From positions 4,931,708 through 4,995,707 of the forward strand of contig OZ316891.1 of NCBI GenBank assembly GCA_973895155.1: a stretch of DNA of 64,000 nt. Direction: 5' to 3'. A program made the position numbers and the translations under genes. The DNA is from Marsupella aquatica (Eukaryota; Plantae; Marchantiophyta). The notes under the pieces are model-generated. The model saw only the letters and a program-made list of their open reading frames with translations. It searched no databases and had not been told where the DNA came from. Below are positions 37,498 to 50,781 of this stretch, in pieces; within the stretch, counting starts at the first letter, position 1, and each line of letters begins with the position of its first letter.

Positions 37498-39249
37498 CTC
37501 GTTCTCAATCTGTTGAGGTGCTTGGAATCTCCACAGCAATCTCAATCAATCCGTGGCAAAGAGCTTTTGGCAATCTGCTATCCGAGCCAAGCTTACTCTT
37601 CGAATCCCCTCTTTCTGTCTCTCGTCGGAAAGGTTCCCTATCTATGAAAAGGCTAGATCTACAAAATCACTCATCGATTGGCCCAGTCACTATCTTTCTC
37701 AAGCAACAGCCCGGTTGGTTTTTCAGTCACCCTACAAGTACTACAGTAGCTAGCTGAGTAGTATGAAGAACTCTTCCTCCAAAGAATGAACATCCACAGC
37801 CCTTTCTCTCAACTGTGGGTCGATAAACGTCTGAAATAGCCAGCTCTCCGCCGATCTGGCTCCTTCAATCGATATCTGCAAGTTTATGTAACAACTATTT
37901 GGGCAGTCTCAGCAACGGCCAGACACTGCTGCACTTCGGAAAACAAGCCCGGTTATGTCGTCGACACTGCACTGCATGTCAAAGCTGGACCCACAGACTC
38001 AAGGATGTCTAAATTTCCCTCCTCCCAAGCGCGTTCGAAATTGGAATCTCCGAAGGTCATGGGCAGGTTAGTTGGTTGATTGCTTGACTGATCAACCACC
38101 TGAGGACAACGAAATTGGAGTGCGAATCGACACGAAGCTGCTGAGAAGGCTTTCTGAGCAGAGCAAGACAAGTCTTCTGCAATTGGGTCTTGTTCCGTGG
38201 AATTTCTCGTGACAACCCTGCGTAAATGGTAGGTGAAGTGCCACTTTATTAGGGAGGCAGGGAATCCGTAGGAGCTCTAGCTCTGTCTTGCCTTTCTTTC
38301 TCTAGGGAGTACTTGTTTTCCACTTCCAAAGGTGTCGACAAAGCGTGTCTTGGAGAGTGGGCTTGAGCGTGAGGGTTAATAATAATGATATTTATACTGT
38401 GAGCCGGCGATTTATGATTGTGGTGGTCACCCAATATTTCAACGAATGGTTACTCAGAAGGTACATTGTACAGTCATAGCTCTCGTTGTACATAATGTGG
38501 AGTCATGTACAAATGTACGATGGCATATATGGAATGTTTGGGGCAATTTTGGTCATTTTGGGTAATTTTTGGCACTCATTCTCATCTCTTCTGATCAGTG
38601 GTCAATCTATGTATCCAAAATCTAAAATATGGAGACCTGTGACCTGCAAAATCTGGCTTCTAAAAAGAGTTTCTATTATGTCAGAAGTTTGCCAAAAAAG
38701 AATGGTAGGTTTTCAATGGCTGAAAATGGATGAGCAGGATAGATAAGGCATGGAGCAGAGAGGGAAGGAAGTGTTCAGTCTGGCAGGAGTAAACACTGAC
38801 AGGGCAGTGCTGGAGGCCTTTTATATGGTAGTAATAGTTTAAGTAATTAATTTATAGTTGTGGAAGTACAGTACTGTAGTTGGGCATTAGTACACTTTTC
38901 TGTTGAATCATAGCAAGGAAAGAATGCTTGCCTAGAAATTGATGCTCCCATGGACCACCAAGTTTGACCAAAGGACTAGAATCCCACAAAGGACAAAATG
39001 TACTAGGAAGAGCCAATGAAAGTACAATGTAGAAAAAAGCACAAGAGGTCTAGGGAGGACAAACTTAAAATACAAGTGCAACTGCAAACTCCAAAACCTT
39101 AGAAAAGAAGAAGAAGAAAAAAAGAGCTTAAATACTACCAATGCACGAGTGTGATTACCTAAAGATACACATATAGTGTCATGACTAACTCTAAGTGAGA
39201 CATGGATATCCTCTATGCCGGCAAGTGCACTTATGCCCACTGTAATAGA

Positions 39250-39830
39250 TTTATGATGGATTGCTGCGGCCTGAGCTCACTCTGTCACCAAATACTTTGA
39301 TCAAAGTTTGTCATCAAAATGGATGATTGTGGCCCTATGGAACCCACCCATGTTCAAACGCCTTGAGCTGTCTATCAGAGGAACTCATCAATTATCTCAA
39401 TAGCAAGCGGGATGAAGCTACCTGATGTCACTCTTGCTGCCTATTTCTCCTATTTTGTCGTTATTGCCTACATTGTTGCTGCCCCTGCCTATGATGTTGC
39501 TATCTTGATGGTGTCCTAATGCAAAATGTTTGTCATCATATCACCAGCCAAGATACCCTTGTCATCTTGTCCCATGGTAAGATCAACACATAATCTGTAG
39601 GTCGGAGGACCAGGTAAATCAAGCACCACCTCCCACCTCAAGAGAACTAGAGCAATACATAGCATCGTAACTTATGAACAACAATGGTTTCTCCGCCTCT
39701 ACTACACCAAAGAAATGGACCCTTGTGTCATCACAAGGCTTCCCACATATGCATGAAATAGGTACACCAACAAAATGTAGGTATGCTAACCCCATACCAA
39801 GATGCATGGCTAACAAGAACTAAAATGGAC
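39250..39830 (-). mobile_element. Old degenerate 3' fragment of a CRE-like RLE retrotransposon (may extend to ~40790)
   Basis: Minus-strand peptides MHLGMGLAYLHFVGVPISCICGKPCDDTRVHFF, RLCVDL...LAGD, SGSFIPLAIE and *AQAAAI are colinear with LRLGLPHP..CVCGAPLDGQGIHIL, RRADL..LGD, DLFYPFAVE and RAQAFTI of the element at 6.6-9.7 kb. Confidence 0.7.
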
Positions 39831-41124
39831 TAAACACTTGTTTATGCAAAAACTGGAGAAAAACAGTTCACTGGGCCCATTTGCCATTGAACAAGGTTTT
39901 GTTAGAATTCAGTTCTATTAAACCATGTGGAGATATGAAAATGGCCAAGTTTGTTCTAAAATCACCAAATCCTTCCCAACCCCATTTCTTGTTTAGAAGT
40001 TTGCATTGGAGTCCAACTTCAATCTTCTTCCAAACCTAAATGTCTATTCTAAAATGATCTTTATCATATTCAAGGTCCCTTTTCTTAGTGAATTGCTTTT
40101 ACTTGCAATGTCTTTCAAGTTTCAAGGTTGCCTCTCGACTGCATCATCTGGCCACTCTTTTGTAGGGTGAGTGTTCCCCATGTTTGGGGTTTATTTTCTT
40201 GTTGCAGGTTAGTGTTAACAAACTCTACGTGGAATATACTTTTGCAAAGTTCCAAGTCGGGAACCTCCATGTTTGAATTGAAGTGTGCTGCAACCAAGAC
40301 TCTAGATTCTAGTTGAGAGCCCCCGTAAGAGCCATATATCCATGTGTGTTGGCCCCAAACCCCCTATGTAAGCGAAAAGCATCAGAACTTGTATTGAGTA
40401 ACTAAGTGCTTCGAGTGTTACCCCTAAAGTAATGAGAAGTCTAGGATTGCAATCCTTAGACCAAAGATTCTGAAGGGCTGTGGATGTGGGACCGCTTGCA
40501 TGGAATGAGCCTGGGAGGCCCTAATGGTCCCTACTCTATGTTGGAAGACCCCATAACCCCACAACCTTATCCAATATAGTAGGCCAAAATGGTAAAACAA
40601 GGTCCATTCAAGCTTTGAGAACTCCCATGGCCCAGTTGTGGCTTATTATAATGGCTCCATCCCAAGTCTGTGCAGGTGGGGCATTGAAGAAGTCTCTAAG
40701 ATATTCAGTGTGAGCTAACCCGCTATGCGCAAATCTCCCACTATCCTTTGAGAATGTATGCACCATCAACATTGTGGGCTGTAAATCCCTCCAAAGTCAA
40801 GTTAATGGGCATTGCGGATAAGCTCTAAGGGCCAGGGGAAGAGGATACAGGCACTCCACTCTCCGTCCCACCCTGGCGCCCGTCTATACTATATCCAATG
40901 AACATGCAACGAAGCTTGTAAACATTAATAATAAGAGTTGTCACCCTATCAAAAAATTCACGACGAAAGACAAGATCGAGGCTCATAATGAGCCTCCCGT
41001 AAGTTTTTGCCGCCCACTTCCCGCACTTGCTGCCCATATTTTGTTCAAAGTCATATTTTTTCTAAGTGTGACTAGAGATGTGAATGATCCCACTTTTGGG
41101 TGGGGTGAATGACAAAAGCGCCTT

Positions 41125-41197
41125 CTGTGCTAACCAGATACGAACTTGAGACCTGCTGCATCCCAAAGGAGCTGTTCTACCATCCAGCCTTGGGGCA
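41125..41197 (-). other. Degenerate tRNA-like / SINE-head sequence
   Basis: A-box-like GGCTGGATGGTAGA and B-box-like AGTTCGTATC at tRNA spacing; acceptor stem does not pair well. Confidence 0.3.
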
Positions 41198-41424
41198 GTT
41201 GGTGTCCAGGCTGATTTGCTCTAGGTATTTACCCACATACTCACGTCAAAAATACTGGGCAGCAGACAGTCACGTACGGGGCTAATCAATGCTAATCACA
41301 TTGATTGGCCTTGATCTTGCCTTTCGTTCTTAATTCAAAAATGAGTAATTATATAAAATAATGATTGCTATTGTACTTGGGAGGGAGTGTCTGGATGAGA
41401 ATTTGATACTCCCTACCCCCATAA

Positions 41425-42745
41425 TTACATGCCCCTCACCCCCCTTATGTCTGCAATCACTTCTACCAGCCCATTGGCTGTAAGATTCTTGGAGTATTTT
41501 ATACTCCTCTCCCGAGTCATGGAACCTACCATGTTAAGATGAAGAAGGGAAAGAATCCATGTACTACACGACCCCACTTATGTTAAGATCAAGAAAGGAA
41601 AGAATCCATGTACTAAACCCCACTTAGGGAGCTTCCATTCAAGGGCATTTTGTGTACATCAAATGCAGGTGTTGAATTACATTCCTGTCACGTCCTACAA
41701 AAAAACTAAGACTCCATGTTCCTGTCAAAAATGCCCATTATTTATACGCCCTCACCCCTAGTACATCTGCAATTCATTAAACTATCCCACCGGCTAGAAG
41801 ATTCTTGGAGCAGTTTTCTACTCCCTCCCCAGCAATGAACCTAGTGCTATCATAAAGCACTCCCACCGGTCCGCCAAAAATGATTCTCCACTGGCCTCCA
41901 CTAATATAAGTGCATCTCCTGGCCTGGTCTTTTTCTTGAGGCTGGGACACTTCTCCTACACTCCAGAAGTGGGCAAGGAGCCCCCACTGAGTTGCCCGCC
42001 TTCCTTGTGCAACAACCAAGATCCATTCTAGAAGATTTCATCAGACCGCCCACAAGCGCCAGAGTGTTTCCAGCTCCCATTGTTATCCAGTGTTGCAAAA
42101 TGTTTAAAATGTAGTTGTCTGGGAACACGACTCAAAAATGAACCCAGGCGGGTTGCCTGTGTCACAAGAGACTTGCCACTTTGGGCAATCTCTCTTCCAT
42201 GCTGCCTAACCGGTTTGGATACACTACCTGGGGAGGAACCTGGGCCAGTCACATGCGTCAAAAAAGACTCGCCACTTTGGGCAATTCGAGTCCGATGCCT
42301 AACCAGTTTGGATACACTACCTGGGGAGGAACCCGGGCCAGTCACATGCATCAAAATAGACTCGCCCCTTTTGGGCAATTTGAGTCCAATGCCTTACCAG
42401 TTTGGATACACTACCTGGGGAGGAACCCGGGCCAGTCACATGGGTCAAAAGAGACTCGCCACTTTGAGCAATTTGAGTCCAATAAATGCTATCTAACCGG
42501 TTTGGGTACACTGCCCGGGGAGGAGCCCAAGGAACCAAGGCCAGTTACCTGAGTACAAAGAGACTCTTCTACCTGGCAGAGGTGGGTGTGTTCTAATAAT
42601 AAGATCAACGGAAGAAGGGAGAGAATTTATAGACTAAACCCCATTTCACGAGCTTCCATTCCAATGGCCGTTTGTGTCACTAACAGCAGGTGTTGAATTG
42701 GAATTCTGTTCCTTTCTCAAAGATGACTAAGACTCCATTTTCCTG
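41425..42745. repeat. Duplicated segments around a ~93-bp tandem array (42120-42570, ~4.5 copies) upstream of SVR1
   Basis: TTTGGATACACTACCTGGGGAGGAACCCGGGCCAGTCACATG units at 42214, 42307, 42401 and 42501; 41585-41725 matches 42600-42745; 41430-41530 matches 41745-41845. Confidence 0.88.
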
Positions 42746-42898
42746 TGGGGATGATTGCTGCGGCATTCCGTGTTCATATCCCTGATATGGGCGAGTTTGC
42801 AATAAAGGAGAAATTGAACGGGAGGTATCGCTGCAGATCGTGCTTAAGTCAGGGTCACTTTGTTAAGGAATTTGCTGCCTCTGGTGAGCATTGGCGAC

Positions 42899-45800
42899 AT
42901 GGGCGGATCAGTAGCTTCCGTTAGTGCCATGAGGGCGATGTCATTATGGTGTGAAAGTCCTTTGGCTTCTAAATCTGTGCTCTCGAGGTTTTCAGCTGGT
43001 GGTTTCCGGGGAAGAGAGGGTTTGGGGCTGAGCAATGTGGGAACAGGAAAATGTGCATCGTGGGCAATTGTATTGAAGAGGACGGAGCAGGGCAATAGGT
43101 TGAATTGGGCATGGCGTCAACCATCTTGCGCTTTAGACAGTAGTGGCAGAGTTGGTGGGAACGATGGAGGAGCCAGAAAGGCATTTAGAATGCCTGTCCT
43201 GGATAGAGATGAAAACGGGAATATCTCGTTCAGAGAATTTTCCGGAGATGAGAACTTCCAGCCCATAGAGAATGGCTCTCCTTCCAGCTCAAAACCGAGC
43301 AGTAGGCCAGCTCGCAAAGCTAATGACGTCAGGAACAAAGAGCCAGTTAATGGAAAGTCTTCAAGTGCTCGGCCTTTAAGTTCAGTGAAAGTGAATCTTC
43401 CAAGCGCAGATCCCAGAGCAAGGAGGTTGGCCAGCGCAAAGGCTGCTAGTAATAGCGCTAATAGAGGATCACCTCTATACTCGAAAGCAGCCAGGCGATT
43501 CTACAATGAGAAATTTCGAGCGGAGCCACAAAGGCTCAGTAAAGTATTAGCTGCCGCTGGAGGTCCCTCTCTTTCTTTTCTTCCCCTCGTTTCTCTGTTA
43601 TTGTAATTTTGATTTGTTCTTATGTATCTGTCTCTGGACTGTGTCGGACTGTCTTTTCCGGAGTTTAAAGCTAATTCATCCAGACCTGCCTAAATTCTCG
43701 GCTGTGGCCCCAAATGCTATAGCAAACATCAAATGAGTGACATGTCTAATTATACTTTCAGGCCATGATTGGGGAATCAAATTATCTGCCGCGATTTGCC
43801 TTGTTTTAGTTTCGGAAGTCATACTTCTTTTGTGACCTCGGTCCAATTGGTACTCTTTGCGTTTATTCTTTCATTGACGCCTTTGGAGTTCAAGAATAGT
43901 GTTTTGATAGAACTAAACTTCCAGACCAGAGTGAGTTAGGGAGAAGCAGCATTGACAACGGTTGCTGTCTATTACAAAACTGTAGGCTTTGGTAGAGTGA
44001 AAGTGAGCTGTTTCCCTTCTGTCCTAAAAAAATGGGGATCATGTCAAGTAAATTCCCTCCTGTGATGTTCTACTCTGTCCGAGCTCTCGTTGCCGAAGTA
44101 TATGCAGTCTCTATTCCCTGGTTGTCTGACTTTCTTTGTGTTTGATTGTGACTGACAGTTGCATCGAGAAGAGGATGCGAAGAAGTAATTTTTGAAGGGC
44201 GTGTGTCTGTCAACGGTGATGTTTGCAAGGTTCCACAGGTGTGAGTTTCTCTCTGAGTACAATCATCGATTTTTCGTCTACAACGTGTAGTTGTTTGTCT
44301 CCAACTGCCCAGACACCTGTTTTGTCTCTGGCTAATGCTGCTTTGTGGTTTGGCATCAGACTCCTGTAGACCCGCTGAAAGACATCATCTACGTGGATGG
44401 CCATTCCTTACCCAAGAAAATGGCACCTAAATTATACTTCGTTATCAACAAACCTAAAGGGTATGCCAGTACAACATTCCACTTACCGTGGTGATTCCCT
44501 TTATTGCAACTTACCGCTACTACCAGTAGATTCTTCTTGTGATCTTCTAAACGAGGGGCTGTCAGATTTTACATTGAAATCTTGGTCCTAACGTTGGGTC
44601 AGACTTGCCTAAGTAAGTTCTATAGTCCATCAAGGGCTGTAGATTTCATGACGACTAGATTAATTGATCAGCTATCTTACTTGTTTGACCCTTAGTAATC
44701 TATCGCACTTTGAGGTGTGTATACGCAGGTATATTTGCTCAGTTGGAGAGGAAGGAACAAAACCGGTCCTTTCCCTGTTTGACGATTACTTAAAAGTTTG
44801 GGTTAGTACTCCGATCCTTTCGTTTATTGTCATTCCCAGATGATCTCTAGCTTTTAGTTGGCTCGGAGTTGAATCTATTTTATTAGAAGCTCAGCAATCA
44901 ATATCCTAAAGTGACAGGTTTTAGAAGATCCGTTTTCAGTAATGTGAACGAGAGCAGGTCTTGGGACGTGGTCAAATATTGATTTGTTAGCTCCTGACAA
45001 TCTTTTATGCAGGCTCAGAGAAATCCAGGTTTAGCGAAACCCCGGATGTTCACGGTTGGTCGTCTTGACGTGGCTACCTCCGGTCTCTTACTGGTTACAA
45101 ATGATGGTAAGTTAGATAGATGACATGTTAAATTTCAGTTAACAAGTTCCTGAAGGGTTTCTCCTTTGTCATCATTAAGCAATTCCATCTAATTATTTGG
45201 AAGGTGTTGATGATCTGTAAATGACACATTTTCCAGGGGACTTCGCACAGAAGGTGTCTCATCCATCGTCAGGGTTGACCAAAGAGTAAAATTCAAATCA
45301 CAATCTATTGTTTTAGTGTCTGAGCACCTTGACTATGAAAATTGAGACCGGTGCCGGTTTGAGACTCATTCTCTAGCGAAAAATGAAGGGGAAAGGGTTA
45401 GGGGAAAGCAGTGCTCTAGGTTTTCGCATTTATCTACAACAGTCCAAATTTCGTGACTGATTTATTCTCGGATAGTAAGAGCACTCTTTCCGAATCTTTT
45501 CAGCTTTTCTAGTGGCGGTTGTCTGGGATACTGGTGCGGGGGAGGCTTGTGCCGACTCAGTTAGTAACTTGCTTTCGCGAAACGATCAGACGCAGGCAGA
45601 GGTCAATTTAAGTCCATTATCAATCTACAGAACAGGGTTCTATCATAAAGATTTAGTTGATGGGTTTCTGAATGTAGTGCGGGCATTTGAATTATCCAGG
45701 TATGTTGCAACTGTCAACGAAAGGATCACCAGACGTCAACTGCAAACAATAGCAAATGGAACTATGGTCCAAGGTGTTCAGTGTGTCCCGAAAGAAGTGG

Positions 45801-46655
45801 AGATTTTGGACGTGGAATCTGGTGAAGAACGTCAACGCTTGAGGATTGTAGTAAGTTACCTCATCCTTTCTAGATGATATTATGGCTGGTGGGTTGTCAT
45901 CCCATGTACTGCTTCTGAACTGCAGTATATTTCCGAAATCGATGATAGCTTTGGATTTTGAACTTTGAAAATCTACATGGTGGAGCAATTTTGTCCCTGA
46001 CTGCTCTTCTGTCATACGCTAATCTTCAGACATGTTCCTGTAGGTGGGTGAAGGTCGCAATCATGAAGTGCGCATTCTAGTTGAGAATTCTGGATTGCAG
46101 GTAAACCCCTCACCTCAGCCGTAATCTTATCCCCTAATTCATCTGTGGAGGTACTCAGGTACTTCGGATGTGTTCAGATGAATCATCCTTGTTCTTATAG
46201 CGGAGACAAGTTAAGGCTGCATTCTGGGTTGAACAATTACTTTTTTTTTACTGCAGGTCCTTGCTCTGAAGCGAACTCGTATTGGTGGCTTTCGCCTTTC
46301 CCGCAGGCTGGGGTGAGCATTTGAACACCCTGGACAACCTTCAGAGTGCATAGTGCGATCGCCCTGTTTTCGGAGAGGCTGTTTGTTTTTCTATAGATGG
46401 GCATGATTCCTTGGAATTGCTTGAACTATTGTAGGTTTTGTCTGTAGAACTGCAAAGGTTTTCAGTGGATACTGTGTCCTCTCACATACTTGGCGATGGT
46501 TGCGGACATCGTACCCTATTTACTGATATGTGGCCAGTACACCTCAAGCTCGCAGTTCACAGATTCTAATGTATTACTTTTCTGATGGCAGGACTGGCAA
46601 ATTTGAGTCTCTCACAACATCTCAAGTTGCTGAAGTGCTAAAGAAAAATGTTTAA
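42899..46655 (+). CDS. SVR1: Plastid ribosomal large subunit pseudouridine synthase SVR1 (RsuA/RluB family)
   Basis: Transit-like N-terminus; S4 domain QRLSKVLAAAG|VASRRGCEEVIFEGRVSVNG; YFVINKPKGYICS; catalytic VGRLDVATSGLLLVTNDG; GEGRNHEVR; LKRTRIGG; GT-AG introns. Confidence 0.93.
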
Positions 46656-49600
46656 GATTCAATCCGACCAAAAATTACAGCTGCACAGGATATTTTAGCT
46701 GTACGTGATAATCAATTTTGTTTTGATGAGTGTATAGGAAGCTGCGTGATAAATGCAAAGAGAAAAATCGCTATTGTTGCATCTGGGTGTCTTGTGTTAT
46801 GATGGTCTAAAGCTCTGGTTGTCTATGACAACCACTGTACTTTCCCTCGGCACGCTCACCAGTTTGAGGTTGGGCGTTCCTCGTGTATATGAGCTTAGAT
46901 CTTAGTTTCTCCTCCAGTGCAAGATTGGTGATTTCTTGTTTTGCTCCACTGCGGCAAGCATGGCAAGTTTCACTGTTATTTTTGGACAATTTCCAAATGA
47001 AGATTCTGGTTTGTTCTCAGGAAACAGGGTAAGATGCCTACAGTTACAGCATCTGCTAGGTCCCTTTCTCGTTCACTTCAAGGAAAGATTGTGGAGACTT
47101 CTGATGTGCGCAGCAGCTTATAGCAAAGGGTCATACAATGCTCGATAAATCTCACATTTCAGATTTTCAGAATGTTGCCTGCTCCTGATCGATTCTCCCA
47201 AAGCCCCAGCCTTAGGTTTGAGCTCCATTGACAGGAAAAGGCTTCAGACTGACACCTAACTGGCTTCAGTATGTCTTGAAACCTCTCTTGTTTTGGGCAT
47301 TCATGACATTTCATGTAATCAGAATTGAGCAAAAAATGGGCTGTTGGATAGCTCATTCAATGCCCTTTCTAATGAGCTAAAGTGGATTTTAAGGTGTTGA
47401 GCGATTGCACAAAAGTCCAGCTGGAAAGATGATCGACCAAAATGATTACTTGGAACAATAGTTCCTTCCTTCAGTCTCCCCAACTAGTGAGTGCTCTGGA
47501 GGAACGTCCCTTCAGTTTATTTGCAACGATAATAGCAGGTGACCCAGATTTCACTTCCCAGCATTCTTTTTGCCACGTTTGAAAAATATTTGCAAGGTTT
47601 CTTTGTCTTCCATTAGCCGATTAGATCTCGGGAGATCTGACCGGGAGATCTGACCGCCAAAATTTAATCTAGAAAAATAAGTTAAAAATAATATACCTTG
47701 CATCTTCTCCTCAAGGTCACATGAACCACCCTGGGAAAAAAAGACAACCTTACAAATTATTCTGCCCATGAGTATGCAGCCTTAGAGCTCCTTGAAGCCG
47801 TACTCCCCATTCCTGTACTCAGCATGTTTGGAACTCTCCAAGAAGGTATGAGCTCCTTTGTCTATATGGATCATTGATCAACTAGACCATCCTATAAAGC
47901 ATCATTAGTTTCTCTATTATCTGACAAATTGAAGTAGTTAGCCCACTGGCTTTAGGATACATACAAGATCTAGTTTTGGCACCTGGCCCAGTTGATGCCC
48001 ACCTGCTGGCCAGGATGGCTTTTCACTTCTTGATGTTTGCTAATCACTATCTGGAGTATATATGCCAGGTGGATACACACCCTGATGGATGGGTCTCAGC
48101 AGTTGCACATCAAAATAAAATGCAGCAAGGTAAGCAGAAAGAACAACACTCAATGATATGACACTACAATCAGGTTTATCATGGTAAAAAATCCATCCCA
48201 ATAGGCACATGCCACATGTCACAGTACATTGTATGCTGCTATTTTTATGTCATTTACCAGAAAGTCCAATGGACCCTCAAGTTTTGGTGGTAAGTTTTTT
48301 TTCCAACGAACCGGAGAAGGGCCGCCCGCACACCACCAGGGGGACAAAAGCCACCCCCAGTGGCAACCCGGCAAACCGGGAAGAAAAAAGAAAAAAGAAA
48401 AAACCCTAATCAGGCCAAAAGGACCTGTGCAGCCACCAGGTGGTAGCCAACACCCAGCCCCTTTGGGCAGAACCCATCACCTTCCTACACCACGCTTTGC
48501 TGGTAAGCTTGGATGGATTGTCTCCAAACATGAAATTTTGCTCAAATGACACATACTACACAATACCAAAAAGTAGGAGACTTGCCGAAACCAAATGAAG
48601 AATGGACCCTTGCGTAGTTTTGAGTTTAGGCTTGCCACATATGCTATGGAGTAACTCTCACATCCAAACACTGTCATTATAACTTATCAAATATGTTGTA
48701 TCTAACTTGGCCATTAAAAATAATAGTACAATAACTACCCATGGCACCAGGGCTTCCTTTTGTATTTTGGGCAGTGACACTTATGGCATGCTGAGAAGCC
48801 TCAGTTTAGGAAAATATTTTAGAGGTCACATTATGACCATTTGATCCATGTCCTGTCAGATCTGGAGAGTTGATTTTTGAAGATAATTAGTAAAAAAATT
48901 GAACAAATCTGAGTATATCATTCACAAGAGCCTTCACTTGGAGGCAAATGTGCAAAATTTGCGTAGAAAGGAAACAGAGCATGGCACCCTCTATTTCTCT
49001 AAGCAAAATTTTGCCACTAAAAATATTCTATGCACACCAGTATATGCTATGCGCTAGTGGCTGACAACCAAGCAAATCCCATTAAATGTTGTGTACCAAC
49101 CTCAAGATGTATGTGGTCCGTTTCAACCACAGTTTAGGACTTACCCCATCATGGTTCCAGAATAGGATAGTGTCTAAGGTCAGGTCTCCAAAACCTTAAC
49201 CCTAACAAGATGAGTACAGAAAATCTTGACCCTTATCAAAGATCTATACAAATTAAAAGGAGCGCATAATTCCACATAGAGTTCCAACATGCTTGTGAGT
49301 AAGGGCGGGCATGAGTAGTTTGGGTATGGGAAACTCTTCCTCTTTCATACACACTGGTATTTGGGCTAGTGACTTATGAGAGACGGGCATGGGAAATCTG
49401 GGTACAAGAAGCTCTCCTATGCATCCGCACTGGTATTCGGGCTAGTGACTTAAAGCGCCACTGTCCCGGAAGCAAAACCTGGTGGATCTAGGATACTAAA
49501 GTAAACCCAAAATGGATTCAAAAAAGTGAAAAAGTGTTATATTTTGTACTCCCAGAACTTGGTGGACACTGGTGGTTTAAAACCAAACAAACCCGGTTAG

Positions 49601-49689
49601 CTTAACCTGTGCTGTACCGGTACTGACCTTGGTCTCTTTCAAACCACGGTTTGGGACGTCGGTTCCAGAAAAAAAGGTAAGGTCGTCCA

Positions 49690-49704
49690 AAACCCTAACC
49701 CTAA
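49690..49704 (+). promoter_or_regulatory. Telo-box (AAACCCTAA, followed by CCCTAA) in the PNO1 promoter
   Basis: AAACCCTAACCCTAA just upstream of the pyrimidine-rich 5' leader. Telo-boxes are typical of plant ribosome-biogenesis genes. A degenerate copy of this promoter segment lies at ~49120-49225. Confidence 0.55.
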
Positions 49705-49960
49705 TAATACGAGTGCGAAAACCCTCATTCCTTCGCGGGACTTTTTCAGGCCGAACTCATTTTGCACGTCATCTTTCGCATTGCACTCTTCTTTCGTCCG
49801 GATCGGAGCTCTGCAGCTCTCTTCGATCTCTAGAATAATCGTGTCCTTCTTCGTCCGGATCGGAGCTCAGCACCTTTCTTCGATCTCCCGAATAATTGCG
49901 TTAGTGAGTATCCCGTTCCTTCGTTTCTCGTTGTGGCGTGTTGTTGGTGTTGCTCGGGTT

Positions 49961-50336
49961 CATCGTCTCCTGATTTGGTTTGATTTTATTTGACTTGATT
50001 CGATTTGATTTCCATGTAGTGTGTCTCTGTCTCGATTGATGGTTTTTTAAAGCTTTCGATTCTGCGGTGCCTTTGGTTTTCTTTTTCATCGCCTCCTGAT
50101 TTGGTTTGATTTGATTTGACTTGATTCGATTTGATTTCCATGTAGTGTGTCTCTGTCTCGATTGATGGTTTTTTAAAGCTTTCGATTCTGCGGTGCCTTT
50201 GGTTTTCTTTTTCATCGTCTCCTGATTTGGTTTGATTTTATTTGACTTGATTCGATTTGATTTCCATGTAGTGTGTCTCTGTCTCGATTGATGGTGTTTT
50301 AAAGCTTTCGAGTCTGCGGTGCCTTTGGTTTTCTTT
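49961..50336. repeat. 126-bp tandem repeat x3 in the PNO1 leader/intron
   Basis: CATCGTCTCCTGATTTGG...GGTTTTCTTT units at 49961, 50087 and 50213, nearly identical. Confidence 0.95.
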
Positions 50337-50781
50337 GCGGGTGCTTGAATTCTCCTCCGTCCTGCTGCAATTCCGTCATCTTTTCTTATGTTTTTGCATC
50401 TATCTGTGAGTCTCTCTGGCACCCGATTGGGAACTGTCCTGTGTATCCCTTCCTCACGGGTTCTGTTCCTTGAAAGGGCTTTTTCGTGTCTAGATTTGGT
50501 TTCTTAATCATCCTGTGACTCCTTATTGCACTCGTTTGATAATTTCTCGATTTCTGGTGCTCTTCTTCTCGGGTATATGTAAGTTCTCCATATCATTGCT
50601 GCAATCCCGTCATCCTCGCTTCTATCACTATATCTTCACTGGTTTTCTCTCGAGAGCAATTGATTTCTAAACTATGCATCTCTGGATCCAATATTGCAGT
50701 CCTGCCGCGACTATTGCACAAAATTAGCGTGTCTTTGTCGCAAATGATCTGCGTCGGCGGACGAATCCGAGAAGACTAGAG

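Noticed and set aside
49901-50422. 173-aa Lys-rich repetitive ORF
   Set aside because: Antisense reading of the 126-bp repeat; no domain.
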